Assembly: GCA_947581815.1 (NCBI GenBank)
Contig: CANPVX010000003.1
Span: 1 to 56,536 of the forward strand
Source of the DNA: Candidatus Indicimonas acetifermentans
GTDB lineage: Bacteria; Gemmatimonadota; Gemmatimonadetes; Palauibacterales; KS3-K002
DNA: 56,536 bases
Direction: 5' to 3'
The translations under genes were made by a program, and so were the position numbers. Shown here one piece after another: positions 1 to 8,145 of this stretch. Positions within the stretch are counted from its first letter, which is position 1. Each line of letters starts with the position of its first letter. The notes beneath the pieces are model-generated. The model ran no database searches. It was not told where the DNA came from and worked only from the letters and a program-made list of their open reading frames with translations.

Positions 1-219
1 GCGGAGGAAGCGATGCACCTGGTATCGCCGGGCGGCGAAATCTGGCGCGGCGCCGCCGCCGCTCGGGAGATCTTAAAGCTCGTGCCGCGCGGGCGGCCGC
101 TGGCCTGGATCTTTAAGCTGCCGGGCGCCATGTTCGTGGCTGAGCGAGTTTACGGCTGGGTCGCCCGTCGTAGGCACAGGTTCGGCTGCGAAAGCGCGTT
201 CTGCCATCGCGGCGCCTGA
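1..219 (+). CDS. DCC-family (DUF393) thiol-disulfide oxidoreductase-like protein, C-terminal fragment; the 5' end lies outside the window
   Basis: Frame 1 is open from base 1 to the TGA at 217-219. The tail ...FVAERVYGWVARRRHRFGCES... resembles the conserved C-terminal end of DCC/DUF393 proteins. Confidence 0.55.
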   Translation, partial: AEEAMHLVSPGGEIWRGAAAAREILKLVPRGRPLAWIFKLPGAMFVAERVYGWVARRRHRFGCESAFCHRGA

Positions 220-248
220 ATCCAAGCACTCCGGCTAGCTGATAAGCC

Positions 249-728
249 ATGTTCCCCCGTCTCCTTCTTCTCTTCACGCTTGTCCCCATCGCAGAGCTCG
301 CTTTGCTTATCCAGACGGGTCGCTGGATCGGACTCTGGCCGACGTTGGCGCTGGTCGTCTCCACCGGGATCATCGGAGCTGGGCTGGCGAGTCGCGAGGG
401 CCTCCGAGCCTGGCATTCTGTCCAGCGCGAGCTCTGGGAGGGTCGCATGCCCGGTCGCTCTCTGCTCGACGGATTGTCGGTCTTCGTCGGCGGAGCGTTG
501 CTTCTCACGCCTGGGCTGATGACAGACGCCTTTGGTTTCGCTCTGCTATTGCGACCGACGCGGCGCTGGCTGCAGAATCGAGTGATCAAGAGAATTGGCG
601 GCGTAGTGATGGAGCGCGGGCGGGTCGAGTTCAGCGCTTCGACCGGCCGCAGGGAGGCGACGGATCGGTCGCCGTCCCAGTCGGGCCGGCCGGCGGGGCG
701 AGAGATCGACCAACCCGGTAGCGATTAG
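249..728 (+). CDS. fxsA: FxsA family membrane protein
   Basis: 159-aa ORF. The N-terminal PIAELALLI motif and the LLLTPGLMTDAFGFALLLRPTRR segment are FxsA hallmarks. It has hydrophobic helices. Confidence 0.85.
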   Translation: MFPRLLLLFTLVPIAELALLIQTGRWIGLWPTLALVVSTGIIGAGLASREGLRAWHSVQRELWEGRMPGRSLLDGLSVFVGGALLLTPGLMTDAFGFALLLRPTRRWLQNRVIKRIGGVVMERGRVEFSASTGRREATDRSPSQSGRPAGREIDQPGSD

Positions 729-762
729 GCCTCTCCAGAAACCAAGGGACGCGGGAGCAACG

Positions 763-1185
763 ATGCGGCGCATCTCCTTGCCTTACTCTCCGCTGTGGGG
801 TCCGGTCGCCTTGCGCCTGGCTTTGGGGACCGTCTTCATGGCCCACGGGTGGGCCAAGCTGGCGGATCCGCTCGGCTCGCCGGAAGGGCTCACCATCGCC
901 AGTTGGGGTTGGGCCTACCCCGTGTTCTGGGCCTGGGCGGTGGCTCTGGTCGAGACTTTCGGCGGCTTGCTGGTGATCGTGGGTCTGTTCACGCGTACGG
1001 CGGCTGCGCTGATCGCCGTGGTCATGATCGTCGCCATACTCAAGGTCAGGCTCGAGCGCGGCTTAGTCGGCGGCTTCGAGTTCGAGCTCGCCTTGCTGGC
1101 GATTGCCATCGCGCTCGTGTTGACGGGCGCGGGGCGGTTTTCGGTGGATTGGGATGTACTCGACCGAGGAGCAGGCAAACCATGA
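763..1185 (+). CDS. DoxX family membrane protein
   Basis: 140-aa ORF with four hydrophobic helices and a FMAHGWAKL-type motif typical of DoxX. Confidence 0.85.
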   Translation: MRRISLPYSPLWGPVALRLALGTVFMAHGWAKLADPLGSPEGLTIASWGWAYPVFWAWAVALVETFGGLLVIVGLFTRTAAALIAVVMIVAILKVRLERGLVGGFEFELALLAIAIALVLTGAGRFSVDWDVLDRGAGKP

Positions 1186-1297
1186 CTGCGGATCCGATGA
1201 GCTGTGCGCGCTGCGGGCGCGTGGAGCTGTTCGTAGATGGAATCGGCGAAGAGTTTCGCCCGCACTGAATTCTGGAAAAAGAACAGATTCGAGCTCG

Positions 1298-1765
1298 ATG
1301 ATCGACGGTGCAACAATTTCCCAGGAGCTTCGCGCGGGCGCGGACAGGACACTCGATGAGGTGCTGCGTCTGGCGGTTCGGCAGATTCATGCGGACGGGG
1401 AAAAGTACGATTGGGTCGGCATATATCTCTTGAAGGGAGACCATCTGGTCTTGCACAACTACATCGGAGAGCCCACTGACCTCGCGCGGATTCCCGTGGG
1501 CAGCGGCGTGTGCGGCACGGCGATCGCGGAAGATCGGGACATCAACGTCCCGGATGTTCAGGCGATCGACAACTATCTGGCCTGTAGCATCGAGACGCAA
1601 TCGGAGATCGTGGTTTTGATCAAGGACGGCGAGCGCACTCTGGGCCAGATAGACATCGACAGCGACACGCGCGCGGCGTTCGACGATCGCGATCTGGCCG
1701 AGCTCAGAAAAGTGGCCGCAGCGCTTGGCGAGGTCCTCGGGCCGAAGCTACGCCACCACGAGTAG
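1298..1765 (+). CDS. GAF domain protein, free methionine-(R)-sulfoxide reductase-like (fRMsr/YebR type)
   Basis: ATG at 1298 lies inside ORF 1154..1765. Motifs GSGVCGTA and YLACSIETQSEIVV match the Cys-containing fRMsr GAF signature. The upstream part of the ORF is Arg-rich and overlaps doxX. Confidence 0.75.
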   Translation: MIDGATISQELRAGADRTLDEVLRLAVRQIHADGEKYDWVGIYLLKGDHLVLHNYIGEPTDLARIPVGSGVCGTAIAEDRDINVPDVQAIDNYLACSIETQSEIVVLIKDGERTLGQIDIDSDTRAAFDDRDLAELRKVAAALGEVLGPKLRHHE

Positions 1766-2965
1766 CGCCGTGGTGTACATGATCAGCAGACCCGCCACGA
1801 GCCCCACAGCGTTAAGCGGAGCGGTCCAGCCGGCCTCGGAATCCCGGGAGATCAGCTTACCCAACTCCCACACGACCTGAAAAATCGCCCCTGCGCCGAG
1901 GGCGAGGAAGAACGTGGCGTACGTCGGCTGGTAGGTGAAGCCGCCGAGCCATGCGCCGAAGATCGTCGGCACGCCCGCCAGCGCTCCCAGACCCACGAAA
2001 TGCCAGAGCGCCGGGCGCTCCTTCGCCACCGGCGCGACGATCGCGAATCCCTCCGTCGTGTTGTGTATGGCAAATCCGATCACCAGGAAGGCCCCCAACG
2101 AGATCTTGCCTACCGCGTAAGAGGCACCGATGGCCAACCCCTCGCCCAGGTTATGGAGTCCGATCCCGAGCGCGATCATGTAAGCGAGCCAGAGCCTGTC
2201 ATTGCCGCCGGCTCCACGGCCCCTCAACCAGTTCCCCGCAGCGACGAGCCCGAGCACCGCGCCCAAGACGCCAACCACCACCAGGCCGACTCCCTGGAAC
2301 GCGGCGGGCACCTCCTCGGCGAGCTCGAGCGCCTCGTGAAGCGCGTCGATGCCGAGGAATATCAGTAGCCCGACCGTCAGGCTGAGGAAGAAGTGCAGCC
2401 ACTTCCTCTGGATATCGCGCAGGAAGGGAAACCAGAGGACGCCAAGAAAGACCGGTATCACACCGGCGTAGAGGCCCAGCAGGGTGAACGTCGCCAGATA
2501 CCGGGCGTTGGGCGCGGGCGACAACGTCGCGATCTCAACTTCACGACTGAACGTTACGCCGGTGTTCGTGATCACCGTGACGAGGAGCGGATCCCCGTCG
2601 ACCCAGGGGTAGGGGGCGCTTATGACCGCACGCTCGAGGCGGGGGATCTCCGATCCCGGCTCGATCTCGAATATCCAGTAAGCTTCGTCGATGATGAGCT
2701 GCGCGACGGTCACCGCCTCGGGGCCGCCGTTGACCAGGAACACCTCGATCTCACCGGGCGCCGAGAAGCGGACGCGCTCGATGGTCAAGTCCTCGAGCGG
2801 GGGGAAGGCGGCGCGAAAGACGCCCAATGGGCCGAAGCGGATGAAGAGCGCGGTGAGAACCGCGAGTAGCGCGAGCGGCAGCAGGCCCTGAATCCAGAGT
2901 CGAGCGACGGACCGCCGGGTCCCCGTTCCGCCGTTAGAATCACTCACGCTACTAGGACCCCCCAC
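1748..2965 (-). CDS. ZIP family metal transporter with an N-terminal extracytoplasmic extension
   Basis: The C-terminal half carries ZIP/ZupT signatures (GIGLHNLGEGLAIG, GFAIHNTTEGFAI). A ~150-aa extra domain follows the first TM. The GTG start overlaps the stop of the upstream oxidase gene (alternative GTG at 2947). Confidence 0.85.
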   Translation of the reverse strand: MGGPSSVSDSNGGTGTRRSVARLWIQGLLPLALLAVLTALFIRFGPLGVFRAAFPPLEDLTIERVRFSAPGEIEVFLVNGGPEAVTVAQLIIDEAYWIFEIEPGSEIPRLERAVISAPYPWVDGDPLLVTVITNTGVTFSREVEIATLSPAPNARYLATFTLLGLYAGVIPVFLGVLWFPFLRDIQRKWLHFFLSLTVGLLIFLGIDALHEALELAEEVPAAFQGVGLVVVGVLGAVLGLVAAGNWLRGRGAGGNDRLWLAYMIALGIGLHNLGEGLAIGASYAVGKISLGAFLVIGFAIHNTTEGFAIVAPVAKERPALWHFVGLGALAGVPTIFGAWLGGFTYQPTYATFFLALGAGAIFQVVWELGKLISRDSEAGWTAPLNAVGLVAGLLIMYTTALLVVA

Positions 2966-4013
2966 CCTGTCTCGCCCGACGAGAGCCCGCCGACGCGACG
3001 ATCGGTCTACGAGCGTCGAAGAAGCCCATCCAACCGAGCTCGGCGAACTCGCTCTGGTGCGCGTGAAACATATGCAGGCCCGGATTCTCCAGCTCGAACT
3101 CGAGGATATGTCGTTCGCCCTGGCACAGCATCACCGTATCGGTGAGCTCGTAACGGGTCAGCTCGGTGCCTGTTCGATAGAGGCGAAACATCCCCGCGTG
3201 GAGATGGAACGAATTGACGGGATCGAACTCGGTAGCGTTGATCAAGTAGACGCGAACTGTCTCACCCACCTCGACCTGGATCGGGTGTCGCTGATAATGG
3301 AAGGCGGCCGTGTTGACGGCGTAGACCTCGTTGTCCCCATCGAAGTTCGTGTCGAAGCCGTTCATGATCATGAGCAGCTCGCGCGCCTCGGGTCGGCCAG
3401 CCGGCGGGTCGACGATGAATGCGCCGTAGAGGCCTTTGTGTATGTGCCTCTTGAGCGGCATGGAGTGACAGTGATACAAGTGCAACCCGAATGGTCTCGC
3501 GTCGAACTCGTAGACGAACGAATCGCCCGGCATCACCACAGGCAGGATGCCGTCCATCTCCGGCGGGTGCAGGCCGTGGAAGTGGATCGTATGCGGATGC
3601 GACCCACTATTGGTGAAGCGCACTCGAAGACGATCGCCCTCCGTACAGCGGATCGTGGGACCCGGAACCTGGCCGTTGTAGGTCCAAGCAGCGAAGTATA
3701 CTCCCGGCGCGACCTCGATCTCCTTGTCCACGGCGACGATCTCGTACTCGCGCAGCGTCTGCCCGTCGGCGAGACGGCTGACGCGGCCGTAGTCGAACTC
3801 GGTGAGGAAAGCGACCGGGTCGAAGTCCTCCGTCGAAACTTCGCCCACCGCTGTGGCGGCGTTCGGGTCATGAGATTGCAAGAGCTCGCGAGCCTCGCCG
3901 GCCGCGCGGCGCGGCCTGAGCCCGAGGGCGGCACCGATTCCGGAGGCACCGGCGAGGACGGCGCTGAGCTTGAACCAGTCGCGTCGAGAGAATAGGGCAG
4001 CCATAGGTCGCAC
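2952..4013 (-). CDS. Tat-exported two-domain multicopper oxidase (Cys ligand in the N-terminal domain, NirK/type-C-like layout)
   Basis: Twin-arginine signal SRRDWFKLSAV. Copper-ligand motifs HTIHFHG, YHCHS, FHLHAG and HMFHAHQ. At ~350 aa it corresponds to two cupredoxin domains. The start is either GTG 4013 or ATG 4004. Confidence 0.85.
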   Translation of the reverse strand: MRPMAALFSRRDWFKLSAVLAGASGIGAALGLRPRRAAGEARELLQSHDPNAATAVGEVSTEDFDPVAFLTEFDYGRVSRLADGQTLREYEIVAVDKEIEVAPGVYFAAWTYNGQVPGPTIRCTEGDRLRVRFTNSGSHPHTIHFHGLHPPEMDGILPVVMPGDSFVYEFDARPFGLHLYHCHSMPLKRHIHKGLYGAFIVDPPAGRPEARELLMIMNGFDTNFDGDNEVYAVNTAAFHYQRHPIQVEVGETVRVYLINATEFDPVNSFHLHAGMFRLYRTGTELTRYELTDTVMLCQGERHILEFELENPGLHMFHAHQSEFAELGWMGFFDARRPIVASAGSRRARQGGGS

Positions 4014-4014
4014 T

Positions 4015-4028
4015 TTAGTTTTAACTAA
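4015..4028. promoter_or_regulatory. Palindrome TTAGTT-TT-AACTAA in the divergent oxidase/methyltransferase promoter region (candidate operator)
   Basis: Perfect 6-bp inverted arms with a 2-nt spacer, inside an AT-rich patch immediately upstream of the oxidase start codon. Confidence 0.2.
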
Positions 4029-4186
4029 TTACAAGTTTCGAACCCCCTAAACGCGGGAATTTGCCCATTCTCCGCCGTTTATGCAAGGGCCCAGCCATTG
4101 CCCGCGGACCGGCCGAGCGGCATGTTAGGCCCTCAAAACCCAAGTGCGGTGCGAAGAAATTGAAGAGAATCAGGGCACACGAGCTG

Positions 4187-4903
4187 ATGGATCAGCCCTC
4201 GCCCGAACCGGATCTACTGGCCCAAAGCCTGACCGACCTGGCCTGGGTCAATCGATTCCTTGGCGGGACCGCGTCGCTGATCCACCAGCTGCGGCAGCTG
4301 CTGGTTGGATATCAAGAGACCCACCTGCGTGTCTTGGATGTTGGCGCGGGAGGTGGAGACGTGCTGCTCTCGGTAGGCGGCTGGCTCGCGGGCCGGGGGG
4401 CGGGCGAGGCGAGGGGGATGAGGCTGCGGGGTGTCGCGCTGGATTTCGGACAGCAGGCCGTGCGCTTTGCGGCGCGGGAGTTCGAGCGGGAAGGCCGTCG
4501 GGCGGACCCTGACAAGAAGCTAGACTTATACGTCGTGCTCGGTGACGGGCGAGCGCTCCCCTTCGCTGACCGGGCATTCGATGTGGCGATCTCCACCACT
4601 TTCCTACACCACCTCGAGTCTGAGGACGCAGTTCAGACTTTGATCGAGATGGCGCGCGTCAGCCGCTGGGGCCTGGTCGCTAGCGATCTGCGGCGGACGG
4701 TCATGGGTCATCTCGTTACGAGCGTGATTGCGCGCACGGTATGGAGGCGACACGAGTACGCTCGCCACGACGGCCCCGCTTCGATGAGGGCGGCCTATTC
4801 GCTACGCGAAGCCGCCGCCCTGGCGGAGCGCGCCGGTCTCGAGGCCGCAGTGCAGGCACAGCCGGGCTTCCGCTGGGCCCTCCGCTGGAGGCGCCCCGCA
4901 TGA
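4187..4903 (+). CDS. Class I SAM-dependent methyltransferase
   Basis: Motif I VLDVGAGGGDV with a later acidic loop. ATG 4187 was chosen inside ORF 4061..4903 because the upstream part is basic and low-complexity. The stop overlaps the next start (ATGA). Confidence 0.8.
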   Translation: MDQPSPEPDLLAQSLTDLAWVNRFLGGTASLIHQLRQLLVGYQETHLRVLDVGAGGGDVLLSVGGWLAGRGAGEARGMRLRGVALDFGQQAVRFAAREFEREGRRADPDKKLDLYVVLGDGRALPFADRAFDVAISTTFLHHLESEDAVQTLIEMARVSRWGLVASDLRRTVMGHLVTSVIARTVWRRHEYARHDGPASMRAAYSLREAAALAERAGLEAAVQAQPGFRWALRWRRPA

Positions 4904-6138
4904 GCAGCGCCGAAGTTGTGATCGTCGGCGGCGGGCCCGCCGGTGCCGCGACGGCGATCGCCCTGGCCCGGGCGGGTCGGGACGTATTGGTGTTGGAACG
5001 ATCACGATTCCCGCGTGACAAGCCGTGCGGCGATTGCGCCAATCCCGGCAGCCTCGAGGAGCTGCGCCGTCTTGGCGTCGCCGAGCGCCTCGAGCCTCTC
5101 TTGCGGCCGCATGAGCTGCGCGGTTGGTATGTGGAGGCGCCGGATGGCAGCGCCTTTCGTGCGGAGTTTGGGCGCGGCCGGAGCGGTGACGCCGCCCCCC
5201 AGCTAGGCTGGGCGGTGCGCCGGCGAGATTTGGACAGGGCGCTTCTCAACGAAGCGGAACGCGCTGGCGCCAGGGTGCGGTTCGGGTTTCGGGTCTTCGA
5301 CGTGACGCGTCGTGGAAAGCGAGTGTGCGGGGTCGTCGGTCGCTCGGGCGCTTATGGGGAGGAGACGATACGAGCCTCCTGGGTTGTAGGTGCAGACGGG
5401 CTGCGGTCGGTGGTGCGCCGCCGTCTGAGCGTCAAAGCGCCCCAGCCGCGTGTCAAGAAGATAGCGCTAGTGGGTCATCTCGCCGGCGATTGGAGCGGCT
5501 CGGCAGGATTCGGCGAGCTTCGCGTGCGGGACGGTCGCTGCTGCGGCTTCGCGCCCCTGGCCTCCGGGGCGGGGGCGAACATCACGCTGGTCGTTCCACA
5601 GGCCGAGGCGAAACAGATCGGCGGCGACGCTCGCGGTTTCCTGCAGTCTGCCCTGAACGGCTTCCCCGAAGTCGCGGCGCGCCTTCGCCTCGCCGCCCTG
5701 GATCCGCGGGTCATGGTCACGGGTCCCTTCGATGTCTCGGTCCGGCGCCCCTCGTTCGCCGGAGCTCTGCTCGTGGGCGATGCCGCGGGCTATTTCGATC
5801 CCTTCACCGGCCAGGGAATCAACCAGGCGCTTCGTGGCGCGCGGTGGGCCGCCGTCGCTATCGAAGCGGCTCTCAGGGAACCGCGGCGTGAGAGGAGAGC
5901 GTTGCGGTGGTACGCGCTCCAGGTTCGTCGTCACAACGCGGCGACACACGGGCTACAGAGGGTCATCGACGCAGTGATCAGCCGGCCCGCACTGATGTCG
6001 GCGTTCATCCGAGTCTTGTCGCGGGGAGAAAGCCAGGCGGCGAGGCGCCTGCTGCGTGTCACCGGAGATCTGGCTGATCCCGTAACGCTGCTGGATCCGC
6101 TCGTTTGGTTGCGCCCCCCGCTTCGGGCGACTGGATAG
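4900..6138 (+). CDS. FAD-dependent oxidoreductase, geranylgeranyl-reductase / aromatic-ring hydroxylase-like family
   Basis: N-terminal VVIVGGGPAGAATAIALARAG dinucleotide fold followed by DKPCGD, plus a late GDAAGYFDPFTGQGI motif. Its ATG overlaps the preceding stop. Confidence 0.85.
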   Translation: MSSAEVVIVGGGPAGAATAIALARAGRDVLVLERSRFPRDKPCGDCANPGSLEELRRLGVAERLEPLLRPHELRGWYVEAPDGSAFRAEFGRGRSGDAAPQLGWAVRRRDLDRALLNEAERAGARVRFGFRVFDVTRRGKRVCGVVGRSGAYGEETIRASWVVGADGLRSVVRRRLSVKAPQPRVKKIALVGHLAGDWSGSAGFGELRVRDGRCCGFAPLASGAGANITLVVPQAEAKQIGGDARGFLQSALNGFPEVAARLRLAALDPRVMVTGPFDVSVRRPSFAGALLVGDAAGYFDPFTGQGINQALRGARWAAVAIEAALREPRRERRALRWYALQVRRHNAATHGLQRVIDAVISRPALMSAFIRVLSRGESQAARRLLRVTGDLADPVTLLDPLVWLRPPLRATG

Positions 6139-6144
6139 TCTAAC

Positions 6145-6612
6145 ATGTTCACGCACAACGAGTTACATATGAGCGCGCCGCCCCAGCGCTGCTTCGAAGT
6201 CGCCGCGGACGTGGAGAGATGGCCGGAGATCCTTCCCCACTATCGTTGGGTGAGGTTCCATCGCCGCGACGGTTTCGGGAGCGGCCTGGTCGAGATGGCG
6301 GCCAGGCGAATGTTCGGCCCGCTGCCTTACCCGGTCTGGTGGGTGAGCGAGATGGATTCTGACGGCGAGCAGCCCGTCGTGCGCTACCGACACGTGGATG
6401 GGGTCACGAGGGGAATGGTCGTGGAGTGGCGCTTCCATACGGACGAGGAGGCGGGCGGCACGCGAGTCGAGATCACACACAGTTGGCCCCGAGGTGCGAC
6501 TTGGCCGCTGATCGGCAGGTTCGCAGCCGACGCCGTGATCGGGCCCGTTTTCATACATCACGTCGCCGGACGCACGCTCGAGGGTGTGAAGAGAAAGGCA
6601 GAGGCTGAGTGA
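6145..6612 (+). CDS. SRPBCC (START/polyketide cyclase-dehydrase-like) family protein
   Basis: 155 aa. The pattern PPQRCFEVAADVERWPEILPHY... is typical of the SRPBCC/cyclase-dehydrase fold. It starts 6 nt after the upstream stop, and its own stop overlaps the next GTG start. Confidence 0.75.
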   Translation: MFTHNELHMSAPPQRCFEVAADVERWPEILPHYRWVRFHRRDGFGSGLVEMAARRMFGPLPYPVWWVSEMDSDGEQPVVRYRHVDGVTRGMVVEWRFHTDEEAGGTRVEITHSWPRGATWPLIGRFAADAVIGPVFIHHVAGRTLEGVKRKAEAE

Positions 6613-7877
6613 TTATCGGAACGACCGCAAGCCAGAATGGGCGCAGGCGCATCGCAGTCACCGGGATCGGCTGCGTCACAGCGATCGGGTTGGGCGCTGA
6701 AGGGTTATGGGCTGGACTGCTCAAGCGAGAGTCGGCGGTGAAAACGATCACGCGCTTCGACCCTGCCGAATTCAGAAGCCATATGGCGGCCGAAGCGAAC
6801 GACTTCGAGCCGGCAGATTACATGGAGGTGAGGCGAGCCAAGCGGCTCGACCGCTTCGGCCAATTCAGCGTCGCGTCCGCTCGCATGGCGCTCGACGATG
6901 CGGAGCTCGACGTCGCCTCGCTGGATGCGGATCGTGTCGCGGTGCAGATGGGCTCCGCCCTGGGCGGCGTCGCATTGGCTGAAGAGCAGCATCATGTCTA
7001 CGTCGAGCGGGGCCCCCGCGCCGTGAACCCGCTGCTGGCCCTCGCCGTGTTCAGCGGCGCCTCTAGTTGCAATATCGCGATCGAGTTCGGCTTCACGGGG
7101 CCCAACTGTACCAACGGGATGAGCTGTGCCTCCGGCGCGATCGGGATCGGCCACGCGTTCCGCCTGATTCGCGACGGGGAAGCCGACGTTGCGCTGGCGG
7201 GAGGTGCGGAGTGCCCGCTCGCGCCGCTCAGCTTCGGCGCGTTCGCTCTAATCCGGGCGATGTCAAAACGAAACGACGACCCGGCTACGGCGAGCCGCCC
7301 GTTCGACCGCGATCGGGATGGCTTCGTGATGGGGGAGGGGGCGGCGGTGCTGGTTCTGGAGGAATGGGGCCGCGCAGTGAAGCGCGATGCGCGGATCTAC
7401 GCGGAGATCTGCGGGTTCGGCACGACCAACGATGGTTATCACATGACCGCTCCCCTACCCGACGCCAGCCAGTCGACGCGTGCCATGGAGCTCGCCCTGG
7501 GCGATGCCAGGGTGTTGCCCGACGAGATCGAGTATGTCAATGCGCACGGGTCGTCCACGAAGCTGAACGATTCCACAGAGACGAAGGCGATCAAGGCAGC
7601 TCTTGGCGAGCGGGCCTACCGAGTCGCGGTGAGCGGCACGAAAGGATACTACGCGCACGCCCTGGGTGCCTCGGGAGCCATCGAGGCGGCGATCTGCTCG
7701 CTGGCGATCGCGCGCAGCTGGCTGCCGCCCACACTGAACCTCTCCGAGCCCGATCCGGACTGCGATCTCGACTACATCGATGACGGCGGGAGAGAGACCC
7801 GCGTTGGTTACGCCGTCTCCAATTCTTTCGGCTTTGGAGGAATCAACGCAGCGCTTGTGTTCCGCGCGCCCGAATAG
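6609..7877 (+). CDS. Beta-ketoacyl-ACP synthase (KAS I/II, FabF-like)
   Basis: Cys-His-His triad contexts MSCASGA, DGYHMTAP and NAHGSSTKLND, with a C-terminal SNSFGFGGINAALVF. Confidence 0.9.
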   Translation: MIIGTTASQNGRRRIAVTGIGCVTAIGLGAEGLWAGLLKRESAVKTITRFDPAEFRSHMAAEANDFEPADYMEVRRAKRLDRFGQFSVASARMALDDAELDVASLDADRVAVQMGSALGGVALAEEQHHVYVERGPRAVNPLLALAVFSGASSCNIAIEFGFTGPNCTNGMSCASGAIGIGHAFRLIRDGEADVALAGGAECPLAPLSFGAFALIRAMSKRNDDPATASRPFDRDRDGFVMGEGAAVLVLEEWGRAVKRDARIYAEICGFGTTNDGYHMTAPLPDASQSTRAMELALGDARVLPDEIEYVNAHGSSTKLNDSTETKAIKAALGERAYRVAVSGTKGYYAHALGASGAIEAAICSLAIARSWLPPTLNLSEPDPDCDLDYIDDGGRETRVGYAVSNSFGFGGINAALVFRAPE

Positions 7878-7911
7878 AGCGCCGCCCCACTTCTGACGGA
7901 CTAGCCTGCCT

Positions 7912-7946
7912 GGGGCGGGGGGCGGGGCCTCCCCCCCGCCCCCCGC
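7912..7946 (+). terminator. Very stable all-G/C hairpin downstream of the ketosynthase gene (possible factor-independent terminator; no T-tract)
   Basis: GCGGGGGGCGGGG (7915-7927) pairs perfectly over 13 bp with CCCCGCCCCCCGC (7934-7946). The loop is CCTCCC. Confidence 0.35.
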
Positions 7947-8017
7947 TCGGGCAGCCGCCCGCCTCATCATCAGATGCGGCCCTTGACGCCTGCGCCTTCG
8001 CGGCTCAGCTTTCACTC

Positions 8018-8100
8018 AGCTTCTGGTGGAGTGATTTGTGGCCGCTTGCAACCACCTTAAAAAAAGCTAAAGAGCCGGGGCAGAACAAACGTTGAGGAAA
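8018..8100 (+). ncRNA. Candidate SAM-responsive riboswitch aptamer (small pseudoknot, SAM-II/V-like) in the leader of the yitJ-like gene
   Basis: Nested helices TTCTG/CAGAA and G(G)TGG/CCAC(C). Loop GCTT is complementary to AAGC within an A-rich tail (AAAAAAAGCTAAAG). An alternative pairing leads into the downstream terminator. The gene context matches, because B. subtilis yitJ is SAM-riboswitch controlled. Confidence 0.35.
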
Positions 8101-8105
8101 TGTTC

Positions 8106-8145
8106 GTCGCGACCCGAGCTCGATGGAGCGGGTCGCGTTTTTTTT
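8106..8145 (+). terminator. Intrinsic terminator/attenuator in the 5' leader
   Basis: 9-bp stem CGCGACCCG (8108-8116) / CGGGTCGCG (8129-8137), followed directly by T8 (8138-8145), 70 nt upstream of the ATG. Confidence 0.75.
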
